Of a stretch of 64,000 bases of DNA, positions 25,047-36,459 are shown in pieces; position 1 is the stretch's first letter, and every line of letters starts with the position of its first letter. Both the position numbers and the translations under genes were made by a program. The stretch covers positions 124,001-188,000 of the forward strand of contig BROI01000002.1 of NCBI GenBank assembly GCA_027923505.1. Direction: 5' to 3'. Origin of the DNA: Mayamaea pseudoterrestris. Lineage: Eukaryota. The notes under the pieces were generated by a model. It saw only the letters and a program-made list of their open reading frames with translations, was not told the DNA's origin and made no database searches.

Positions 25047-27539
25047 ATGGTAGAAACAATCGGCTCGTCAATCCGCCGCACGGCTCAATTGACGAGCGCC
25101 TTGAGCAAGATGGAGTCGACCACCACGGACGCCTTTCGCTGCTGCGAGCAACTCTCCAAGCGAGCTCGTCAACTTGACTCACTCACCAGTCCAGCATCGG
25201 ATGCCAGTTCCATGCTGTCGCGCGCAAATGCAAACTTGACATCCGCTTTAGTGTTGCTCAAGGATGCGCGCGAAAAATTTGATACCGTAACCGACTGCGA
25301 ACCAGCCATTGAACGATTGCACAAGGGAGTATCCGAAATGGAGGAGAAGCGACAGGGCGGGCGCTCCAAGGGAGGTTTGGCGAATCGCATGTATACGGAG
25401 CAAGATGTTTACGCGGCAGCTGATTCGTTGGAGATTTTGCGTGATGCGTATACGTACTTTCTCGAGCACAATAATTGGAGGTCGTCGCCAACGTATCTGG
25501 GTGAACTCGAGCGCTGCCATCGCAAAGGATTGGAAGCCATGTCGCTGCTTATAAGGACGCATCTTAAAAAGGCTGGACAAGCTGTGCGGCCAAAGCGTAA
25601 AAAAGGGAGCATGGCAACTGACGAGACTGCACAGGAAGTGAGTGGCTCATATAGTGTTTGCTTGTCTCATTAGCCATGCGCCATGACATATGCCAATACA
25701 TGTTTTCTCACTTTTGCTTGCTTACAGACGCGGGCTAGATTGGCTGCCGCTCTGTTGAACAGAGACTTGTTAAAGTCAATTGGAGAGTATGAAGAGTATC
25801 AGCCTGTCGAAGCGCGACCGATTCGAGAAATCCATTCCATTTTCGATTGCTTGAGCAGTCACGGTTACCACCTTGGTCCCCCATCCAAGCGGGAACCGCC
25901 TGGTCTTGCTAGATTGTTTGGTATTCCACCGCAACGAGTCGTCCGAACGGAAAAGGTTGGCTCTGGTGCTTATACGAATCAGCTCAATGAGGCTATCAAA
26001 CTTGGGTTTCCACAGTTGGATGCTTACGCAGAAGCGCGCAAGGAAGTTGCGCATGCGGCACTGGACACCTACTATCGTCGAGTCAAACAAGACCGCAAGA
26101 AAAAATTGGAGAAGGCGGCGGCGACTGGCAGCATTGAAGAGATTGACGAAGCTGATGCAGCGGCCAAGGATGCGGTGAGGTGCCTCGAGCATGCGATGAT
26201 AGTCACGGCTGGTGAGAAAAGCGCTTACAGAGCGTTGATATCTCCCTCAATTCCTAACAATGATGGAGGCGATGAGGATGGTTTCTACGTCTCTCCATAC
26301 TACAAAAAGGCTTGTGCTGGGTCGTACGCTTACGTCGTTGGCGCGATTGTCAACCGAACTTTGGATATAATAGAAACGGTATTTTTGAAGGAAGGTGGAA
26401 TTGGACAGACGAGTGGCACAAAGTCTGGTGGCGTAACATTAACTGTCCTTGCCGCAGCATCGGCGGCAGCATCGGGCCTTCGCATGCTAGACGGGGTGAG
26501 AATGCTTGGTCCGTCGCTGGCGAAGTTATGCGAAATTAACGTTGGCGACGGAGTTACAGATCCGAATTCCAGTATAGCTGCAATTCTGTGCATCGCCATT
26601 CACCGTACTACAGTAAAGAATACGGCTCGCACACTGGAAAACCTTGCAAAGGCCATTCAAGAAGATCCATTAAAAGGACCTTTTCATCGCCCCAAAGATG
26701 CTTCCGTATCGAGTGTGAGTCGCGACGTGGTAAACGCGATTCGCCTCATATCTCCATTTGTCAGTGCGTACAAGACAGTGTCAAAACGCCGCTCGCTTCA
26801 ATGGGACCCAAACATGGGTGAAGAAGCTGGTGAGTTGGATTCTTTTGTTCGCTTCCTCGTTATGCGCTTGCTGAACTCGCTCAAGGGGAAGGCGCTCAAT
26901 TATACCAAGGATGGTCGCGACGACGGTCAAGCACGATCGAACTTGTTCATGATAAACAATTCGTTCTACCTTCTTGAGGAGCTGGGCCCTGAAGCTGAGG
27001 ATTCGGTAAAAGATGAAGAAGTATATCGCATCGAAATGTCATGGTTTTCGGACAAGATAACGAAACTAATGGATTCTGAGCGATCCAAGTATCTCGCCCA
27101 CTGGGAAATACTAAACACGCATTTAACAGCTGTCGGAGATTTGGAGTATCAAAAGAATGATCCGCTTGCTATTATATACGATAGTGGCAAGCTTATCAAG
27201 CAACGCTTCTCCGGTTTTAATGAGGACTTTGAGCGTACCTATCAGCTGCACAAGAAGCTTTGCGTCATTGACCCTCGCCTTCGCGTCCAGATACAGGAGG
27301 AAGTCGCCAAGGTATTTCTTCCTCGCTATACCCGTTTCTTTAGTAAGTACACCCAGATCAAGTTCTCAAAGAAGCACCAAAGCGAATACACAAAATACTC
27401 GCCTATGAAAATTGAGGAAATGCTGTAAGTGCAACTCGAGGCGTCCTGTATAAAACTCCGCCTTTTCAACTTTAACACCCTCTTTTCGTGTAGTTCTGAG
27501 CTCTACACCGACCCAGAAGAACAGCTTACATATGATTAG
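25047..27539 (+). CDS. EXO70: Exocyst complex subunit Exo70
   Basis: Exons 25047-25637, 25728-27424 and 27494-27539. PKDASV, LFMINNSFY, IKQRFSGFNEDFE, LPRYTRF and FSKKHQSEYTKYSP motifs of the Exo70 C-terminus. Confidence 0.9.
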
Positions 27540-27596
27540 CAAACAAGTTATATTACAGTATATTTATTAAGCATATCCGATGCGAGATGTGTCATG

Positions 27597-29321
27597 TCAT
27601 CTTTGCACCTGGACCAAGCTACTTTTTACTTCACGAGCATCGGCCGACATGAATGGCGGACAGTCGTCATTCATTTCGTCGGCGCTCACAACGTACGGGC
27701 ACTTGATGCTTCGTGTTCCAGTTTCACAAGCTGTCACTGGCCTGCCAAAGACGGTTTCCTCCATGTGATGCCATGATCGATGTCGCGACATGGCAACGTA
27801 TCGGCCTTGTTTGGCGATGCGCAGTCGCTCTTCGGAATGCGCCAAGTAGTACTCCACCTTTTCCCTTAGTTCCTGCGCACTCGCAAACGTTACAACAGAC
27901 TCTCCATCCACCAAGCCATTTGGAAGTCCCAGCATGCGATCCGTCATGACCATGGCGCCCGACACAATCGCTTCAAACAGTCGATAGTGATCCTCCCACT
28001 CGTCGCGCTGGGCCACGACCACGATGCGACTCTGCATGAGCGCCACCACATATTTCCGACTCGCCCGCTTGCGACCCACGTTGCGGTTCTCGCCCTGGAC
28101 ACCAAGTTGAAAGTTCCAGTACTTGTCGGCAGCTGCAGTCGTTTGCGTCATGGTTTCGTTCACGGCAACATGCTGCTCGCGCACCACCTTGTCCAATACT
28201 TCGTACACCGTGTCGCGCAAGTGCGCGTCGCTGCGCGAGTGATTTTGGTGGTCCCAAAAGTAGGAAAGGTGAATGCTGCGCGGCATTTCCTCCAGTGGGT
28301 GGCACAAGCTTGTGAATGGTTGCTGTCGCGCCGACGGCGCTGGCTCGTCCTCACTGTTACTCGATGGCGCGTTGATGGTCAAGTATTCCTGCACCTGCTG
28401 GACAATGTCGGTGCGCACGCCAATGGGTCGGTGCCGGTAGCTGATCCATTGGTCGTCGTCCGTCGTTTCGTCATCGTCGTCATTCAATTCTGGTTTCGTT
28501 TCGTTTTCATCCATCAGTAGCTTACCAACCCGCACCCAGTTGAACTTTGGTTGCCACTTGCGACGATGCACGGCGCTGCGGTAGCTGTAGCGTATCAGTG
28601 GTGGTTGCTGCTGCTCGGCTGCATTTCGAAATCGTTGTTCAAGCGTTCCATTGTGCCCCTGCAGCAACATGCGCGCCAGCCCCGGACAGTAGGAAATGAC
28701 GGCGTAGTCGCGATTGTCGACAATCACCATGGGCAAGGGATCTGGAGGTGAATTGTTGTCAGCATTTCGCTGTTTTCGTTGCGCCAGTCGTTCCTGCTGA
28801 ATGTCAGTCAACGTTTCAATGATGCTACTGCACCAGTTGTTACTTTCGCGAGCTCCCAGCAAGTCTAGCACGAGCACCAAATTGTCTGGATACTTGGTAG
28901 CATTGCGCTCCCACCAAGTCAGCCAAAGACTTTGGGCGACGCCGTCCTGAATCAAGTGACGTGCATTGGCCATGCGCTTTTGCCACTTGAGTTGCTCCGG
29001 CAGCAGCAGCAATGGAATCGGCTTGTCTGTTGGAAAAGTTGGAAAGAAACTATGCGGTATTATTTGACTCTGTTGCGGCAGTGCTTGTCTTTGCTGCAAG
29101 TCTTGATTGAAGTAGTTTTTTCGCACCGTTTCCTCAAAGCAATTGGTAGACGACTGTTGACTCTCCAAATGGCGCACTGTCATACTCAAATCGTAGATGG
29201 AGCACGCCAATGTAACGACTACTAGCAAGCTAAATAGTCCATTGCCTCGTTGTGATGAAGTGACCATGGTCTTGATAATGGTTGTAATTGGAGCGATTTG
29301 AGTATTGCCGTCATACTCCAT
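27597..29321 (-). CDS. Type II membrane glycosyltransferase (GT1_2/CgeB-like C-terminal domain)
   Basis: N-terminal TM; YVVALMQSRIVV...DHYRLFEAIVSGAMVMTD...ELREKVEYYLAHSEERLRIAKQG...HRSWH. Start codon uncertain. Confidence 0.85.
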   Translation of the reverse strand: MEYDGNTQIAPITTIIKTMVTSSQRGNGLFSLLVVVTLACSIYDLSMTVRHLESQQSSTNCFEETVRKNYFNQDLQQRQALPQQSQIIPHSFFPTFPTDKPIPLLLLPEQLKWQKRMANARHLIQDGVAQSLWLTWWERNATKYPDNLVLVLDLLGARESNNWCSSIIETLTDIQQERLAQRKQRNADNNSPPDPLPMVIVDNRDYAVISYCPGLARMLLQGHNGTLEQRFRNAAEQQQPPLIRYSYRSAVHRRKWQPKFNWVRVGKLLMDENETKPELNDDDDETTDDDQWISYRHRPIGVRTDIVQQVQEYLTINAPSSNSEDEPAPSARQQPFTSLCHPLEEMPRSIHLSYFWDHQNHSRSDAHLRDTVYEVLDKVVREQHVAVNETMTQTTAAADKYWNFQLGVQGENRNVGRKRASRKYVVALMQSRIVVVAQRDEWEDHYRLFEAIVSGAMVMTDRMLGLPNGLVDGESVVTFASAQELREKVEYYLAHSEERLRIAKQGRYVAMSRHRSWHHMEETVFGRPVTACETGTRSIKCPYVVSADEMNDDCPPFMSADAREVKSSLVQVQR

Positions 29322-29578
29322 GGTGGAAGTTGATTGATGGAACGGAAACGTTTCAACGCACGTCGCTGCGGCAATCAACGGTTCGATCGGTCGTGTTGCG
29401 ACAGTCAGCATCCAATGGTATGATTCGGACACGTTACTATGGATCAAATAGTGCTCGGCGCGGCGCGCCACACTCACACACACACGTCCTCGCCACTCGT
29501 CGTCATTGCCGTCGTCGTTGCATGAAGCAAGCAGTTAGCTTCCGACTGCTTCATTGCAATAGCAATACACAAATCATC

Positions 29579-31264
29579 ATGATATTCTACATTATCTTTG
29601 GCTTCATTCTTGTCATTTACTTGGCGCTGCGGCCCCGTCGGGGCGGTCCAGGAGCGCCGCCCACGGTAAATCACAGTCCAGTCTATCCAATTCCCCTCAT
29701 TGGCACCTTGCTGGAATTTTTCGCGTCGCCCAACAAAATGGTGCAGCGCTGCTACGAGAAATATGGACCAGTCTTTACGATATCGGTATGTAGTAATTGA
29801 TAGTGATGTAGATAGTGGGATATTACATTGAATATAATGGGGAGAGACAGGGTGTGATTTCAATTACTTGCTGCACCACTTCCGCATCGCAATATCGCAA
29901 CTCACTCTCACCATCCTCTAAATCATTACATACAATTGTAGATATTTCACAAGCGCCTGACGTTTCTGATTGGCCCCGAGGCGCAAGAAATCTTCTTCAA
30001 GGCATCCGACGACGTATTGTCGCAGCAGGAAGTCTACGACTTTATGCGTCCCATTTTCGGAGACGGCATTATTTACGACGCTCCCAAGAAGCGACGACAG
30101 ACGCAGTTTCAGTCGGTATCCAGTGGCCTCCGCGCCGGCAGACTCAAGAGTTACGTCCCAAAGATTGAAGACGAAACGCGCAAATACTTGTTGCAAGAGT
30201 GGGGCAACGACGCCAAGGTGGTGGATTTGCTCGTGGCCCTCTCCGAGCTCACCATACTAACCGCCTCGCGCTGCCTCCACGGCGAGGACGTGCGCGAGCA
30301 CATTTTCAAGGAGGTGCAGGAGCTGTACCACGAGCTCGACAAGGGACTGACGCCGCTGACTGTATTTTGGCCCAACGCACCGACCAAGGCGCATCGCAAG
30401 CGCGACGCGGCGCGGAAGGAAATGATTCGACTGTTTGAAACAGTGATTCGGGAGCGAGAGGAGAATCCGTCGCGATCGGATGGTACGGATATATTGGAGC
30501 TCTTTCGTAACATCACCTACAAGGATGGTGTCAAGATTACGACGGAGGAAGTCACTGGTTTGCTCATTGCATTGCTCTTTGCTGGTCAGCACACGAGCTG
30601 CATTACCAGTACATGGACGAGTCTGTTTATTGCAAATGATAACAAACTGATTGACCGAGTCCGCGACGAGCAAAAGACAGTGCTAAAGGATGTGAATCGC
30701 AAGATTGAGTACGACGACTTGCAGCAAATGGAAATATTGCACAATTGCATGCGCGAGGCACTCCGGCTGTGCCCCACGTTTATCATGATTCTGCGCCGGG
30801 CGGAAAAGAATATTACGATTGAAGTAGCTGGCAAGGCGTACAATATTTCAAAGAATGATTTTGTCGTTGTCAGGTGAGTTGATTGATGGCGTGTTGTCTT
30901 GCGTTTGTGTCTGATGGCTGTCGCATATTCAATTTGCCTTTTCCTCTTTCCTTCTAGCCCTACGGTAAGCATGCGTCTCAAGTCCACCTTTGCTAATCCG
31001 GATACCTTTGATCCGGATCGTTTCGCCGAGCCGCGCGAGGAGCACAAGATTCCGTACGCGTACCTTGGATTCGGTGGTGGTTTGCACTCTTGCATGGGAC
31101 AAAACTTTGCCTTTGTGCAGGTCAAGACGATTTTAAGTATATTATTTCGCGAGTACGACATTGAACGAGTTGCTCCGGATATGCCGAGCATTGGATATGA
31201 TGACATGGTGGTAGGACCAAAGGGTGATTGCCGCGTGCGAGTGACCAAGCGAAAGGTTCAGTGA
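29579..31264 (+). CDS. CYP51: Sterol 14-alpha-demethylase (cytochrome P450 51)
   Basis: Exons 29579-29785, 29942-30873 and 30958-31264. YDFMRPIFG, ILTASRCL, LLFAGQHTS, EALR and heme ligand FGGGLHSCMG. Confidence 0.96.
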
Positions 31265-31390
31265 AAATGACAACATGCCGTCGTACCGAGCTTGAAAAAC
31301 AGTTAATTAACAATAAAGTACTAATTGTGGAATCCACATCTCACACTAATTGAAACAACCGTACTTCTGGCTCCCAATGCATGTCAAACA

Positions 31391-31562
31391 GGCGAGTGTG
31401 GGCCCCTGCTTATCGCGCGGAAGCCCGGACCTAACCCCCCCGCTCCGCGAATGTGTTAATGAGCTCGGTCTATATCATTATAGGTGCTGCTTCGCTTAAG
31501 CGCAGTGGTTTCTTGTCGTCCGTGCCACATTTATTGAAGACAATCCTAGCTTCGCCAGTTTT
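31391..31562 (+). ncRNA. Candidate telomerase RNA (structured ~170-nt ncRNA)
   Basis: Template-like CCTAACCC at 31430-31437; terminal pairings GGCGAG/TTCGCC and GTGTGG/CCACAT; possible pseudoknot TAATGA/TCATTA with GTCTA/TAGGT; TTTT at 31559-31562. Folding done by eye only. Confidence 0.45.
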
Positions 31563-31693
31563 ACAGTATCAGTAAATGTTGTGCGCGCGAGGATTTGTTA
31601 ACCACTCAGAGCTAAAGTTTTTGGGCCGTCTGATGACCGAAGTTATACCATTCTGCTGCGCCAAGGTTCTTGATAGAGTCCATGACTTTGTCG

Positions 31694-33055
31694 TCAACTT
31701 GCTCCCTTTTTGTCGCAACCAAACAAGGCAGTCGCTTCAGCCGACCTGGACTGAAACACGTCCCGATCCAGCTTGGCAATGAGTTCCAGTAGTCGCTGCC
31801 GCAGCTCTGGATCCTTGCTTGTGGCGTGGCCGCCCTGATAGGATTTTGTCGTCGCTGCTGACTCTGGTTGCTTGACTGCATTATCTACCACCTTGCGTCG
31901 CTCGCTCGTGCTTGTCACGTTGCGCGACGGAAACAGCCAGTGGCGCATGCGCCGCAAGGTGTCACCTTGCGTCTGCAGACTGCTCAATTCGTCAAAGCAA
32001 ACAAAGAGTGTTTTATTTTCATGGCGCTCCTGGACTTTGTTGTAGTAGGGAACCAATCCTGCGTACAAGTCGTTCAAGCTCCAGTCCATGTACGTCTTCA
32101 TGGCTTGGTATTCATTTTGTTGAACGTCAGCCGTCGTTTGCAAGTACTCGCAGAGTGTGACTCCAGTCGTAGTGTCATTGTTGAGAAGTATTGCGGCGCT
32201 GCTGCTATTGCTGTTGTTGCTATTGCTATTCCACGCGACTGGAAACTCCAAACGAGTCGTCCACGCAAACGTCTTGTTCACTTGGCGGGCCGCACCATTT
32301 TGATCCAGCCAGCACTCCCGCCCCGTCTTGTGATACAAATAGCCCGAGAGTATGGCGTCGCGTAGTGGTCGCGTCAAGACAACGTGGCGGTAGTCTTGCG
32401 CCAGTGGCAAAGTGTTGGGATTGATGATTGCACTGGCAACGTTGGGCAAGTAGTCGCGCAGTAGCACGACTCCCATTTTGTGCGCGCGCAGCGCGAGTCG
32501 CTGGCAGCATAATGAAGTAGATGTAGTCTTGGTGGAGAACGATGTTTGTATTGAAGTTTTTGCTGGCTGCGTTTGATCCGTTGCAGAAAAGCAATCGCAG
32601 GATGATGCAGTCGACGCGGCATGAGTCGGGTAGTCTGCAGCAGCTTGACGGTCTGTTATCGAGTTTGGTGCATCCTTTCGTGTCGGCAAATGTATCGCTG
32701 TAGTACGAATGGTTGGAGCTGTCACTTGCTCAGGCTGCAAAATATTGGAATGTGCCGCCATTGGACGAACATTACTTCTCAGTGACAGTAACGTGCCTTT
32801 GACGACTAGAAATGTAATGGCAACGACCATCATGATGAATGCAAGCATGTTCCTGCATTGCTGCAATTTCGTCTTGCTGCTGCTGCTATAGTAGAGACTG
32901 CCATGATGATTGCTGCTGTAGTCGAACAGGAGGGAGTACGGATGCGACGGCCGAAAGGGTCGTTTTCGTCGTTGCAGAAAGGGATTGTCAAAGGAAAATG
33001 ATGACGACAAGACTGAATCCTTTTTGGATTTGATGCGAGACAGCATGGAGATCAT
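31694..33055 (-). CDS. Type II membrane protein with sulfotransferase-like domain
   Basis: TM LAFIMMVVAITFLVV; HKMG (5'-PSB-like), VVLTRPLRDAILSGYLYH (3'-PB-like), VCFDEL and terminal GGHAT motifs. Confidence 0.65.
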   Translation of the reverse strand: MISMLSRIKSKKDSVLSSSFSFDNPFLQRRKRPFRPSHPYSLLFDYSSNHHGSLYYSSSSKTKLQQCRNMLAFIMMVVAITFLVVKGTLLSLRSNVRPMAAHSNILQPEQVTAPTIRTTAIHLPTRKDAPNSITDRQAAADYPTHAASTASSCDCFSATDQTQPAKTSIQTSFSTKTTSTSLCCQRLALRAHKMGVVLLRDYLPNVASAIINPNTLPLAQDYRHVVLTRPLRDAILSGYLYHKTGRECWLDQNGAARQVNKTFAWTTRLEFPVAWNSNSNNSNSSSAAILLNNDTTTGVTLCEYLQTTADVQQNEYQAMKTYMDWSLNDLYAGLVPYYNKVQERHENKTLFVCFDELSSLQTQGDTLRRMRHWLFPSRNVTSTSERRKVVDNAVKQPESAATTKSYQGGHATSKDPELRQRLLELIAKLDRDVFQSRSAEATALFGCDKKGAS

Positions 33056-33331
33056 GGCAACAGAATCTGTTTATTAGTGTGTACGAGTAGTTCAGCCTTA
33101 GCCATCGCTGGTTTTGCGCGTCATGGTCAACAATGAATGAACGGCACGAACGGATTTTTGCTGTCGCTGCGGTAATAATATGTCACTTCGGTTACTGCTA
33201 TCGTAACGGTACTCAACGAGTTCCTTCGAAATCGCAAGATCACAACACGACGAAAGACACGCGCTTCTCGTTCACACAAGCTTCTGCCAGATCCATGTTA
33301 CAATCTTCACACAAAGCATAAACATAGTATC

Positions 33332-35275
33332 ATGGTCGCATCAAACATTATTAGGAGTTGCTCGGTTCTTTTGCTATGGAGGATTGCAAGTAGTGGCGCA
33401 TTCACCTGCTTGACCAAGACGACGACGACGAGGCAATTCTCAATCAATCGTCGGCATGTTGGAAATCAACAGACTCTCTCGTCAGCTTCCCTAACGAGGA
33501 AATACCTTAAGCTCCATAGCAGCTTTAGCGCCGGCCGTGACGACAGTGACGACGACGAAAACGAAGACATCCCATCCATATTCGCCGCCTCATCGCCTGC
33601 ACCATTCTCCACCTTTCCCTACGGCGACCCCATGAACCAACGGCAGGAGGCGGCCGAACTCAAGGCGGCACTGACCGAAGTGATCAACGACAAGATTGCC
33701 GAAGACATGGACGATATTCGCAGTCTACGAGCGCAGCTGCAGCTAGAGACGCAGCAGCAAACCAAGATTCGCAGCGACGCATCCAATGCGCGGGCGCAGC
33801 AGCAGAGTGTGGCGCTGCTCAACAAGATTGACGCCATGACGAGCGAGTTTTTAACCAAGACCGAGATGAGTCGAACCACGACCAAACTGGCGGCGGCAGC
33901 TGATCAAAACATGCAAGGCAAGCGACTGCAGCATGGAGTGTGGGGCACGCTAGGTGGTGGTGTCGGAGTCTTGCTGGGCGACGACAATCATGACGATGCG
34001 TTGATTGGGTCGGTGCAATTTGCTAGCAGTGATAATCGACAGCAATCATCAGCTGGCAGTGGCAATGGTGCATCGATACTTGTCATTGCCGACGTGTCGT
34101 CCGACGAGTACGCCAGAAAAATTTTGCCACTGTTCACGGAACAACTGCAAGCCGCACTTCCAAACGTGAAAATTCAAACGCTTGCTCCAACGGCAACGAT
34201 TCCAGTTGGCGGAAACGATGCCCAATGCATTCTATATTTCGCCACGAGCTTGTCGGATGCATCCTATATCACAAAATCACTGGATCGAGTCATGCAAAAG
34301 ACGCTGCGACCCGGTGGAGGCTCCATGAGTGTGCCGCCGTCGCAGCTGGTGCTGGTTTCCACCATTGGCACGCAGCGCACCAATCAAATGCCGTACAGTA
34401 TGCAGAACATGTTTGGAGGCAAGCTGGAGAAGCGACGACTCATGGAGGAGGCGCTGGTAACGTGGATGAGAAACTATGACAAGGATGCGAGTAACACAAG
34501 CAATGATGCGTCGTCAAACAGCAAAAGCGGCATGGTTGGTCTGGATTATACCATTTGCAAATTTGGAGAGCTAAAGGATGCAGCAGCAGCTGGTCCCTTG
34601 CAAATGGCGGCTGGGGATGCGTTCGAAGGGACGGTGGATGTCGCTAGTGCGGCCAAGGTGTTGCTCCAAGCGATTGCCTACCAACCGAGCGCGCGAAATA
34701 CAACCTTTTCCGTCGTGGGAAGTCTTCCCGAATCCGACGATGACGATGCTGTACAGGATGTGATAGATGATGCTTTCCTACGCTTGGATGGACCCGAGCT
34801 GCTTCGCATTGATTTACCTGGAGTCGAGCCAAAGTCAAACTATGAGCAACTGGCGGAATATATCCGCGAGTGGGCCGAGCTTTTCGCCGCGTCGGGCAAA
34901 GGAATGACGACACCCATTCGTTATCGAGCAATTTCCGCGCAGTTGCCGCGAGGCGTTGTTCAACAACAAGCTTGTCAGTTGGTCTTTGTAGCGACGGCAA
35001 CTGGAAAGAACTACATGAGTAAGGAAGAAGAGCGTGAACGTGAGGCCAAAGGGATCAAGAAGGACGCCTCGACGCTTCCTCCGGCACGTTTGGCCAAGGA
35101 AGGAGGAGTGGAGTTTGTCATTGAGGTTACCAAGGACGATAGCGTACGAGTGCGGGCGAAGCGATGCAACTACGCTCGAGACGCTACTATTAAGGAATTG
35201 AGTGAGAGTACTATTCTCAGCCGCTTCAAAGATTGCATCGACGTCTGGAAGAAGGATCATTTGTTTTCGAAGTAA
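33332..35275 (+). CDS. Putative plastid protein with NAD(P)-binding (atypical SDR/NmrA-like) domain and conserved C-terminal domain
   Basis: Signal peptide ending SGA-F; LVLVSTIGT...KRRLMEEAL...LDYTICKFGEL...VASAAKVLLQAI; C-terminal GGVEFVIE...VRAKRCNY...KELSE. Confidence 0.72.
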   Translation: MVASNIIRSCSVLLLWRIASSGAFTCLTKTTTTRQFSINRRHVGNQQTLSSASLTRKYLKLHSSFSAGRDDSDDDENEDIPSIFAASSPAPFSTFPYGDPMNQRQEAAELKAALTEVINDKIAEDMDDIRSLRAQLQLETQQQTKIRSDASNARAQQQSVALLNKIDAMTSEFLTKTEMSRTTTKLAAAADQNMQGKRLQHGVWGTLGGGVGVLLGDDNHDDALIGSVQFASSDNRQQSSAGSGNGASILVIADVSSDEYARKILPLFTEQLQAALPNVKIQTLAPTATIPVGGNDAQCILYFATSLSDASYITKSLDRVMQKTLRPGGGSMSVPPSQLVLVSTIGTQRTNQMPYSMQNMFGGKLEKRRLMEEALVTWMRNYDKDASNTSNDASSNSKSGMVGLDYTICKFGELKDAAAAGPLQMAAGDAFEGTVDVASAAKVLLQAIAYQPSARNTTFSVVGSLPESDDDDAVQDVIDDAFLRLDGPELLRIDLPGVEPKSNYEQLAEYIREWAELFAASGKGMTTPIRYRAISAQLPRGVVQQQACQLVFVATATGKNYMSKEEEREREAKGIKKDASTLPPARLAKEGGVEFVIEVTKDDSVRVRAKRCNYARDATIKELSESTILSRFKDCIDVWKKDHLFSK

Positions 35276-35526
35276 AGCTATAAGACAGTAATTTAGTATG
35301 CTGTGAGAAGACCCACTTTTAGGCAGTACGAGTACGTACTGTAAAAGCTTGTATTAAAAACCGGTCCGATAGATTAATGTCCCGCGAACACGCTGCAAGA
35401 AAATCTGAAATTCCGCCTATCAGATGCGTCCACAAAAACTATGCGCTGCGATCCTTTTTACAGCGAAACCTTCAAAGATACAGCTTCGGCGTTTTGCCCT
35501 CTCCCTCGCTAGCTTTCCTGCCGATT

Positions 35527-36459
35527 ATGACTCCGCACCGAAACATCCAACCTGGCGGCAATGGCGACTATGGTGTCGACGGCTCGCCTGCAGGTGACGC
35601 GCATGTATTCGGCGATTTTGACTTCGGCGATCTTGACCTCGATGAGCTTGAAGAACTACGTGCTGCTGCGCTCGTTGCCGTCGGCGAGCGTCCGCGCAAC
35701 CAACCGGGTCAGATTTCTTTGGTTATGCCGACGACGGAAGAGTTAGCGAGATGCACGACAAATCGACAACACATCGACCTTGCGAGCTGGTACACACGCT
35801 TCAACGAATGGCTCATCTATTATCGCATCCACGGGCACGGCAACGTTCCGCAGAAAAAGCCGGAATCGAAGCCGAAGGTTTCGCTAAAGGGCCCCAGTCC
35901 TCTCGAGGGCTGGAACAAGCAGCTGGGCAACTGGGTCAATAAACAGCGTCGCGAAAAGACCGATGTTGATAAGGGCAAGATGTCGCCTTACATGTACCAG
36001 GAAAGAATTGAAATTTTAGAGACTCACGGGTTTCGGTGGGCTAAGCAGAAAGACATGTTTGACACGCATTACAAAAAGTTAGTCGAGTATCATCTTATTA
36101 TTGAGGATGCGAGGGTGCCAGTGAAACCTTTTACAGTAAGTGACGACAAGACTGGACCAACTCCAGAGCAGCAGGTGGAGCAGGTCGCGGCTAAGTTGCT
36201 GCAGGGACGAGTTGTCAACGACGACGATTACAAAATGTTAGTCACTTTGCTTCTTGACCAGCCTTTTACGCGCTGGATTACGGAGCTGCGCGTAAAGCAC
36301 CACAAGTGGCAGGCTTTCGTGACGAAATACCTCTTGAATGGATTGGATAAAGTTCCAGTCAAGCTGCAGCGCAAGTATCAAGTCTGGTGTCTTCAAAAGG
36401 AAAAGTTGGATGAATTGGGCTTTCGCTTTGGTATCATTATTCGTCGTCGGTCTTATTAA
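35527..36459 (+). CDS. Helicase-associated (HA) domain protein, putative DNA-binding regulator
   Basis: WYTRFNEWLIYYRIHGHGNVPQK...QLGNWVNKQR...ERIEILETHGFRW, plus a second degenerate repeat. Confidence 0.85.
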   Translation: MTPHRNIQPGGNGDYGVDGSPAGDAHVFGDFDFGDLDLDELEELRAAALVAVGERPRNQPGQISLVMPTTEELARCTTNRQHIDLASWYTRFNEWLIYYRIHGHGNVPQKKPESKPKVSLKGPSPLEGWNKQLGNWVNKQRREKTDVDKGKMSPYMYQERIEILETHGFRWAKQKDMFDTHYKKLVEYHLIIEDARVPVKPFTVSDDKTGPTPEQQVEQVAAKLLQGRVVNDDDYKMLVTLLLDQPFTRWITELRVKHHKWQAFVTKYLLNGLDKVPVKLQRKYQVWCLQKEKLDELGFRFGIIIRRRSY

